A stretch of DNA of 43,855 bases. Source: a virus. Its lineage: Duplodnaviria; Caudoviricetes. The notes beneath the pieces were generated by a model. That model had not been told where the DNA came from and did not search any database. It saw only the letters and a program-made list of their open reading frames with translations. The DNA lies in the IMG/VR virus record IMGVR_UViG_3300038530_001619, positions 1 to 43,855 of that record. The stretch is one strand, 5' to 3'. Both the position numbers and the translations under genes were made by a program. Position 1 is the stretch's first letter. The number at the start of each line of letters is the position of its first letter. Positions 38,578 through 43,855 of the stretch are shown here, piece by piece.

Positions 38578-38718
38578 ATGGTAAAGAATATAAATACTAC
38601 AATAGATAAAATAGCTTTATCTGAATTTAATACTCACTATGAATACTTATGTGACAATGAAAAGCAATGGTGTCACGATGAAATGATTAATAATCCTAAA
38701 TGGCTAAAAAGAATATGA
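38578..38718 (+). CDS. Early hypothetical protein (46 aa)
   Basis: Not in the track. MVKNINTTIDKIALSEF...PKWLKRI; fills the gap and has an ATGA overlap with the next gene. Confidence 0.55.
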   Translation: MVKNINTTIDKIALSEFNTHYEYLCDNEKQWCHDEMINNPKWLKRI

Positions 38719-38903
38719 AACAAACACTAACTATATTAGACTTTGGTAGTGGTGAAGTACACCAATACCATAATGTAAACTATGAAAAATATGAAATGGA
38801 ACTTGATGAGTTTATTTCTGTACAACTCGGATATAATCTAAATGAAGTAGAATATATGTTCCATACTGACAAAACTATTTACGATTTAACTAATGAACTA
38901 TGA
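38715..38903 (+). CDS. Early acidic hypothetical protein
   Basis: Track ORF 38700..38903; the ATG at 38715 is preferred because of ATGA coupling. Confidence 0.65.
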   Translation: MKQTLTILDFGSGEVHQYHNVNYEKYEMELDEFISVQLGYNLNEVEYMFHTDKTIYDLTNEL

Positions 38904-38980
38904 TATTAATAACTTTACCAATAATAATAATAACTATAGTAATACTAGTAGATATAATTAAAGAACTATTTACAAACTAA
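38900..38980 (+). CDS. 26-aa single-transmembrane micropeptide
   Basis: MILITLPIIIITIVILVDIIKELFTN; ATGA-coupled to the previous gene, with its stop inside motif copy 4. Confidence 0.4.
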   Translation: MILITLPIIIITIVILVDIIKELFTN

Positions 38981-39002
38981 ATACGACGAGAGATGGATAA
39001 TA
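38970..39002 (+). promoter_or_regulatory. Early bipartite motif, copy 4
   Basis: TTACAAACTAAATACGA-cgagagatg-GATAATA. Confidence 0.75.
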
Positions 39003-39007
39003 ACAAT

Positions 39008-39259
39008 ATGAAATATATAAACACAGATAACTTAACAATAATCGACTACGGTGATGGTAGTGCCAAGCTACAAATCTACAACAAAACTAAATCTAGTTAT
39101 GGTTGGTCACCACGTAATCTTATCGTATCTCTCTTCGGTAAACCACTCAAAGAAATTACGTACAACTATGTACAACAAGAAGTAGACAAAGTGTATTCTA
39201 CTTTTAACTACGACGAAATACACGAACTAATAACTAAAATAAATAACAATGAAAGCTAA
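39008..39259 (+). CDS. Early hypothetical protein
   Basis: The track start (38993) lies inside the motif spacer, so the ATG at 39008 is preferred. Confidence 0.65.
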   Translation: MKYINTDNLTIIDYGDGSAKLQIYNKTKSSYGWSPRNLIVSLFGKPLKEITYNYVQQEVDKVYSTFNYDEIHELITKINNNES

Positions 39260-39410
39260 ATTAATAAAATTCTGTTACAAAGCAGTTGAAGAAAAAATGT
39301 TAAAAATATATGCTACTATTATGACTACTATATTCTTATCAATATGGGTACCAACAATGGTAATAGCATTAACAAATGTGTTTAAATTACTAATCAGTTT
39401 TATATTTTAA
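39249..39410 (+). CDS. Small membrane protein (53 aa)
   Basis: MKAKLIKFCY...IYATIMTTIFLSIWVPTMVIALTNVFKLLISFIF. Confidence 0.55.
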   Translation: MKAKLIKFCYKAVEEKMLKIYATIMTTIFLSIWVPTMVIALTNVFKLLISFIF

Positions 39411-39411
39411 T

Positions 39412-39591
39412 ATGACTGAACAAGAAGTAATTGATAGAGTATGTGACAGAATGGTCATAACTTTGTATAATGAACTAGATTACTACATGTTTGAAGAACT
39501 AGGTCATACTGAAACTAATGACAAATATGTAAAAGAAGCTGATAGAATAGCAAGATTAATTATAAAAGAACTAACAAATGAAAGTAAGTGA
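39412..39591 (+). CDS. Early hypothetical protein (59 aa)
   Basis: MTEQEVIDRVCDRM...LTNESK; tightly packed with its neighbours. Confidence 0.6.
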   Translation: MTEQEVIDRVCDRMVITLYNELDYYMFEELGHTETNDKYVKEADRIARLIIKELTNESK

Positions 39592-39724
39592 ATTAGAAGA
39601 TGCTAAAACTTTAAAAGCAGTGATGTTCTTAATGATACAAGAGCATGTTAAAAAACTGCCAAACGACCAAGAATTAGGAGCAGAAGTAAGAAAACTAATA
39701 AATAAATTCAATGAAGACAATTAA
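39578..39724 (+). CDS. Early hypothetical protein (48 aa) with a PNDxELG motif
   Basis: MKVSELEDAK...LPNDQELGAEVRKLI. Confidence 0.6.
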   Translation: MKVSELEDAKTLKAVMFLMIQEHVKKLPNDQELGAEVRKLINKFNEDN

Positions 39725-39854
39725 ATTTTACCCAAGTGACAGGTCACTTATTAAACTAGACGGAAAACTATACAGAGGTTATACTCTAAACGATGTACCA
39801 TACGAAAGAAACGCATGGTTTAACTACAAAGGATTAACATTTGTTACAAATTAA
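39711..39854 (+). CDS. Early hypothetical protein (47 aa)
   Basis: MKTIKFYPSDRSLIKLDGKLYRGY...KGLTFVTN; stop lies inside motif copy 5. Confidence 0.55.
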   Translation: MKTIKFYPSDRSLIKLDGKLYRGYTLNDVPYERNAWFNYKGLTFVTN

Positions 39855-39876
39855 ATACGAACACTATTGGATAATA
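39844..39876 (+). promoter_or_regulatory. Early bipartite motif, copy 5
   Basis: TTACAAATTAAATACGA-acactattg-GATAATA. Confidence 0.75.
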
Positions 39877-39892
39877 TTATAAAATTAACAAT

Positions 39893-40105
39893 ATGATATG
39901 TAAATGCGGTACACAAGAAGTACATCCAGTAAGAATTAAATATGGCTACAACACTTGCGTCAGTTGTAGTACGGCAGAAAAATACGGGTGTGTTGATATT
40001 ATCAATCACAAAACAGGTAACAACATACAAATACTATCAAGACAAGATGCTGATACTATTGCTAAACTCACCCGTAGACGCGGTTATGGTACTTATTTAA
40101 GGTAA
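39893..40105 (+). CDS. C4 zinc-finger protein (TraR/DksA-finger-like)
   Basis: CKCG..EVHPVRI..GYNTCVSC spacing resembles the DksA/TraR zinc finger. Confidence 0.55.
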   Translation: MICKCGTQEVHPVRIKYGYNTCVSCSTAEKYGCVDIINHKTGNNIQILSRQDADTIAKLTRRRGYGTYLR

Positions 40106-40113
40106 GTACACTT

Positions 40114-40202
40114 GGGCGTGAAAGTTGGAAAGTGTAACTAGATTTTTGAAGCGAAAGCAAGAAAGTTCACAAACGGTGGTTCGATCCCACCCACGTCCAC
40201 TA
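40114..40202 (+). ncRNA. tRNA-like RNA (degenerate tRNA or mimic of the tmRNA tRNA-like domain)
   Basis: Acceptor stem GGGCGTG/CACGTCC with G3.U70, discriminator A, T-arm GGTGG-TTCGATC-CCACC; no well-paired anticodon stem. Confidence 0.65.
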
Positions 40203-40360
40203 TGAGTAAACAACAACAAACAATTACCAAACAATTACAAAACTTGTATTCTTGGACACAATTCTATCAAGAAAGAGGTAATAAAGAACAAATAAGAAAG
40301 TGTCAAACTCAAATCGCCGAGTTGAAAAAGGCGTATAATCAAACTAAAACTAAAAAATGA
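40202..40360 (+). CDS. Early hypothetical protein (52 aa)
   Basis: MSKQQQTITKQLQNLYSW...KTKK; ATGA overlap with the next gene. Confidence 0.55.
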   Translation: MSKQQQTITKQLQNLYSWTQFYQERGNKEQIRKCQTQIAELKKAYNQTKTKK

Positions 40361-40641
40361 AAGATACTAATGCTATTGAAAACGCACTAAAAGATAAATC
40401 TAATAAAGAGTTAGAACAAGTAGTTGATGTATTTATGAACGAACTTGAAGTAAAAATAAGAGGTGAATACAACTCTAGTAACTATTATGACTTCAAAGCT
40501 CCTAATGGTAATACAAGTTTTCATGTAATGGGAACTGTACAAATGAAAAAAGTTCTATTAAAAATGCTACAAGCTGCTCATCTTGAGTCTATGGTTGAAG
40601 TTAAATCAAAAGAATTAATTAAAAAACTTGAATTAGTATGA
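40357..40641 (+). CDS. Early hypothetical protein
   Basis: 94 aa, translationally coupled on both sides. Confidence 0.65.
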   Translation: MKDTNAIENALKDKSNKELEQVVDVFMNELEVKIRGEYNSSNYYDFKAPNGNTSFHVMGTVQMKKVLLKMLQAAHLESMVEVKSKELIKKLELV

Positions 40642-40958
40642 AAAAAAGAACTATGAACGAACTTAGACAAACTAAAGATACACATTATGTAAATCCTACA
40701 TTTAAAACTGAAGTAAAAAATCCTTTTGAACACGAAGATGTAGATAAAGCTGTTGATCAAATTGTAGAAACTTTACAACCTGAAATATTTGATGCTATAT
40801 TTGAAGCAGTTAATACTGAAATGGGTAATAATTTCTTATTTCAATCAGATAATTACTTAACTGAAGCAGGTGAAGAACTATTTGAAGACCAATGGTTTGA
40901 GTTTTATCATGAGCAACATGGTAAAATAATGCATAAACTATTACAAAATTTAAAATAA
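40638..40958 (+). CDS. Early acidic hypothetical protein
   Basis: 106 aa with a Glu/Asp/Phe-rich core. Confidence 0.65.
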   Translation: MKKRTMNELRQTKDTHYVNPTFKTEVKNPFEHEDVDKAVDQIVETLQPEIFDAIFEAVNTEMGNNFLFQSDNYLTEAGEELFEDQWFEFYHEQHGKIMHKLLQNLK

Positions 40959-40991
40959 TTACAAACTAAATACGAACACTAATGGATAATA
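40959..40991 (+). promoter_or_regulatory. Early bipartite motif, copy 6
   Basis: TTACAAACTAAATACGA-acactaatg-GATAATA. Confidence 0.75.
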
Positions 40992-41064
40992 ACATTATAT
41001 TATTAACATTTATTGTAGTAGTTTCTATATTAGTGTTAATATTTGCAAATACTATAGATTAAAT

Positions 41065-41286
41065 ATGTTATACGATAAATTAAAACCACATATTAAAGAT
41101 AAACTAAAATCTCAAAATGAAGAATATTCAAAAAGTATTGATAGTATCTTTAATACATTAAAACAAAAACACAATTACTCTGAATTAACTATTGATGAGA
41201 TAAGAACTATTTGTACATTTGGCGATGTATGGTATTATGACTTAACTCAAAAAGATATTATATGGGGTGACTGGCTAACTAAATAA
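41065..41286 (+). CDS. Early hypothetical protein
   Basis: 73-aa ORF. Confidence 0.65.
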   Translation: MLYDKLKPHIKDKLKSQNEEYSKSIDSIFNTLKQKHNYSELTIDEIRTICTFGDVWYYDLTQKDIIWGDWLTK

Positions 41287-41288
41287 AT

Positions 41289-41648
41289 ATGAACGAAGAA
41301 AAACTAGCAATTGATACATTAAAAGCACTAGGTGTTAAAAATGTAACTACTAACAGACAGAAAATGAACGGTACAACCATGTTTGAATTACCTACAGGTG
41401 ATAATGTAGCTGAATTTAGCTCAGGTTATATTAGAAAATATTTAATGTCTGATGTAGAAGGATACAAGTACCATACTTGTTATCAACTAAATCCAGTGTA
41501 TAAATCTCCTTTCAAAATAATAACAAGTGATGGAACATTGTATGAAGGTCATCATAACAATAGAATGCTTATATATTCAAGAACTGAAAGACTAAAAAGA
41601 CTTGTATTATACACTATTAAACAAATAAACAAAACTAATGGAAAGTAG
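41289..41648 (+). CDS. Early hypothetical protein
   Basis: 119-aa ORF. Confidence 0.65.
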   Translation: MNEEKLAIDTLKALGVKNVTTNRQKMNGTTMFELPTGDNVAEFSSGYIRKYLMSDVEGYKYHTCYQLNPVYKSPFKIITSDGTLYEGHHNNRMLIYSRTERLKRLVLYTIKQINKTNGK

Positions 41649-42087
41649 AGAACCAACTGACGAAAAAATAATAAAAGCTGTAAAAAGTTATTATGGCTTA
41701 AAAATTGATGAAAATGCGTATACTAATGCAGATGTGTATGCTTATGAAGAAAATACTGTAGATGGCTATTCTGTATATGTAGTAACTCACGATATGAGAC
41801 ATGTAACAATATGTGATGATGTATATTATTATGAGTCTGATGTACCTGAAGCTATTATGGAAATGGTAAGATATTCTAACGGGTATTGTACACTATATGC
41901 AGATCAATACTTTTTAGATGATATAGCGTTTGATGATGTACTACTTGAAGAGTTTCAAGAAGTAGCTGAAGATATATACAAAGAAATACAAAATGATGAA
42001 GGTGATTATGGCTTTGACATGGCAGAAATACTATGGCTCAAAGAAGAATTTACTGAATCAGAAGAAATTAATCAGACTGTTAGTTAG
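41638..42087 (+). CDS. Highly acidic early protein (DNA-mimic candidate)
   Basis: About 38 Asp/Glu versus about 9 Lys/Arg in 149 aa by hand count; Tyr-rich. Confidence 0.6.
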   Translation: MESREPTDEKIIKAVKSYYGLKIDENAYTNADVYAYEENTVDGYSVYVVTHDMRHVTICDDVYYYESDVPEAIMEMVRYSNGYCTLYADQYFLDDIAFDDVLLEEFQEVAEDIYKEIQNDEGDYGFDMAEILWLKEEFTESEEINQTVS

Positions 42088-42105
42088 TTAATAGTAGTTT
42101 AGTTT

Positions 42106-42176
42106 CCGCGTTAGCTCGTACTTTCCCTTCGACATCCTTTGAGTTGTCCACAGGTGACGGTACGGGCTTTTCGTGG
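42106..42176 (+). ncRNA. GC-rich long stem-loop in the 5' leader of the 42178 gene
   Basis: Nested pairs CCGCG/CGTGG, AGCTCGTAC/GTACGGGCT and GACA/TGTC in an otherwise AT-rich region. Confidence 0.5.
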
Positions 42177-42177
42177 T

Positions 42178-42405
42178 ATGGAAAATAAAAAATACAACGG
42201 ATGGACAAACTACGCTACTTGGCGAGTTATGTTAGAACTATTTGATACACACACGCCTGAAGATGGTATGGATGCTGACTACTGCAAAGAAGTAGCTGAA
42301 GACATAGTAGAAGGTAATCCTCAAGTAGCTCAAGATTACGCTAATGCTTTTTTAGATGAAGTTAATTGGTACGAAATAGCTGAAGCTATAAATGAAAATG
42401 AATAA
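42178..42405 (+). CDS. Phage protein with an N-terminal YNGWTNYATW motif
   Basis: ATG at 42178 is preferred over the TTG at 42139, which lies in the hairpin; acidic protein. Confidence 0.7.
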   Translation: MENKKYNGWTNYATWRVMLELFDTHTPEDGMDADYCKEVAEDIVEGNPQVAQDYANAFLDEVNWYEIAEAINENE

Positions 42406-42438
42406 TTACAAACTAAATACGATAACTAACAGATAATA
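42406..42438 (+). promoter_or_regulatory. Early bipartite motif, copy 7
   Basis: TTACAAACTAAATACGA-taactaaca-GATAATA. Confidence 0.75.
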
Positions 42439-42443
42439 TTATT

Positions 42444-42764
42444 ATGAAAGAAGATGAAATCGAAAGATTAGCTCAACTATTATTTGATAAAATAATGGAA
42501 AAGCAAGAACAATCAGATATAGAATATGCAGAACAAATACAAAAATTGTATAATGAAGGCTATACTATATCAGCTAAAACAGCAGAAAAATACAAAGATG
42601 AGTTAGGCTTAAACCAAGAAGAAAGACTTGTTGGTGAATTAGCTAGGCTGCAAACTATCATGATGATATTTGAGGACAAAGAAGAATATGAAAAAGCAGC
42701 AATGATACTCAAAAAAATAGATAAAATAAATGATAAATTAAATAATGGAAGTGGAAGATATTAA
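42444..42764 (+). CDS. Helical protein with a C-terminal UVR (UvrB/UvrC) motif
   Basis: FEDKEEYEKAAMILKKIDKI resembles the UVR consensus (E.YE.AA..RD.I). Confidence 0.55.
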   Translation: MKEDEIERLAQLLFDKIMEKQEQSDIEYAEQIQKLYNEGYTISAKTAEKYKDELGLNQEERLVGELARLQTIMMIFEDKEEYEKAAMILKKIDKINDKLNNGSGRY

Positions 42765-43590
42765 AGCAATGCTTGCTCACAAATACAATGAGGACAAAGC
42801 AGATTATCCAGCATTCATTCAACCAAAACTAGATGGCGTACGCTGTCTATTTACTGCAAAAGGCGCGTTCTCTCGTGCTAATAACCAGTTTATGAATGTA
42901 GAACACATTGAACAGGCTTTAAAGCCGTTCTTTGCAAAAAATCCTACAGCTGTACTTGATGGCGAGCTATACAATCACGGACTAAAAGATGACTTTGAAA
43001 AGATTATTTCATTAGTCAAAAAGAAAAAACCAACAGATCTAGACAGAGCTGAAGCTGCTCAACTAGTTCAATATCATATGTATGATGTAGCTAGTATGAC
43101 AATAGCTACCTATACAGATAGAAATTTATTTTTACTATCTCAATCATCTTTCAGGCCACACAGCTGTTTGCAAATAGTTAAAACACAAATGGCTCTAGAT
43201 TTTGATGAAGCACAAAAGTTTCACAATAACAATCTTAAACTAGGTTATGAAGGTTCTATATACAGAACTACGTATGGTAAATACAAAGGTACTAGATCAT
43301 GGGATCTTATGAAGTTTAAAGACTTTCATGATGATGAAGCTACAATTGTTGGCTATGATATTGGCCAAGGTAAACGTGAAGGTACACTAGGTAAATTTAT
43401 TATGATGGACGATGATGGTAATACATTTGGCTGTCCACCAGGTAAAGGTTACAACTACAAAGATCTAGCTAATATACTAAAAAATATTAATGATTATATT
43501 GGCGAAAGAGCTACATTTACATACTTCGAGCGTACTAAAGCTGGTAGCTACAGGCATCCACATTACAAGTGCTTAAGAAATTATGAATAA
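42745..43590 (+). CDS. lig: ATP-dependent DNA ligase (minimal: nucleotidyltransferase plus OB domain)
   Basis: Motif I QPKLDGVR, III LDGELY, IIIa YHMYDV, IV EGSIYR, V LMKFKD, VI YRHPHYKCLR. Confidence 0.93.
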   Translation: MEVEDIKAMLAHKYNEDKADYPAFIQPKLDGVRCLFTAKGAFSRANNQFMNVEHIEQALKPFFAKNPTAVLDGELYNHGLKDDFEKIISLVKKKKPTDLDRAEAAQLVQYHMYDVASMTIATYTDRNLFLLSQSSFRPHSCLQIVKTQMALDFDEAQKFHNNNLKLGYEGSIYRTTYGKYKGTRSWDLMKFKDFHDDEATIVGYDIGQGKREGTLGKFIMMDDDGNTFGCPPGKGYNYKDLANILKNINDYIGERATFTYFERTKAGSYRHPHYKCLRNYE

Positions 43591-43825
43591 TAAAGATAAA
43601 CACTGTCATTACTCAGGCTTACCATCGCCTGCAGCTTATGAACAAAAACCAAGTAAAATGAAATTAATAAATAAATATTATCCTATAGGCATAGCTTTTA
43701 TATGCTTATTATACTCTGTTAGCTTAGGTTTATTAGGTTATACAGAAGAAGCACAGTACTCAGCGCATTGGCCAGGTACAATATTACTATTTAGTATAGC
43801 AATGCATCAAATAAATAAATCATGA
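43583..43825 (+). CDS. Small two-TM membrane protein
   Basis: N-terminal CHYSGLPSP motif and two hydrophobic segments. Confidence 0.6.
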   Translation: MNNKDKHCHYSGLPSPAAYEQKPSKMKLINKYYPIGIAFICLLYSVSLGLLGYTEEAQYSAHWPGTILLFSIAMHQINKS

Positions 43826-43855
43826 GTTATTTATTTTTTGGTGTAGGTTTTATTA

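Noticed and set aside
40114-40202. Calling a functional tRNA-Phe(GAA) or tRNA-Ser(TGA)
   Set aside because: The anticodon stem pairs at only 3 of 5 positions at best, position 8 is A rather than U, and the acceptor carries the Ala determinant.
38150-40760. Minus-strand ORFs 38150..38335 and 40578..40760
   Set aside because: They are antisense to plus-strand early genes and structured RNA.
37610-42438. Repeats interpreted as a CRISPR array
   Set aside because: Intervening segments are 0.3-1.4 kb and contain genes, the repeat has a variable internal spacer, and no cas genes are present.
1-43855. Stop-codon reassignment as in some crAss-like phages
   Set aside because: Standard code 11 gives long, tightly packed, intact genes.

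Overview
This window is 43.9 kb of an AT-rich dsDNA tailed-phage genome, with no host genes visible. Gene order, Shine-Dalgarno-less A/U-rich leaders and a phage GroEL/GroES pair point to a podovirus-like phage of Bacteroidota (probably marine Flavobacteriia) with a crAss-like or Cellulophaga-phage-like structural module; the host is inferred. Positions 1-37.3 kb are a minus-strand late module: small basic proteins, a fibre, GroEL/GroES, lysis genes, a spike base with a giant BspA/DUF285+PKD fibre, TerS/TerL, portal, scaffold, capsid, tail ring and stabilisation proteins, and internal virion proteins. A structured non-coding strand-switch region (37.3-37.6 kb) may be the genome end or pac region. 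A plus-strand early region of tiny genes follows and ends in an ATP-dependent DNA ligase. The most notable signals are in the early region: (i) seven copies of a fixed-spacing bipartite motif, TTACAAACTAAATACGA-N9-GATAATA, at gene-cassette boundaries with steadily increasing spacing; (ii) two tRNA-mimic RNAs with acceptor stem, T-arm and a G3.U70 pair but no credible anticodon arm, one preceded by an H-type pseudoknot. The late region also has a G-[PA]-x-A motif shared by several Lys-rich proteins, a tandem-GroES-like protein and a triplicated ~70-aa gene. All protein assignments come from recognising motifs and context by eye; no database search was run.
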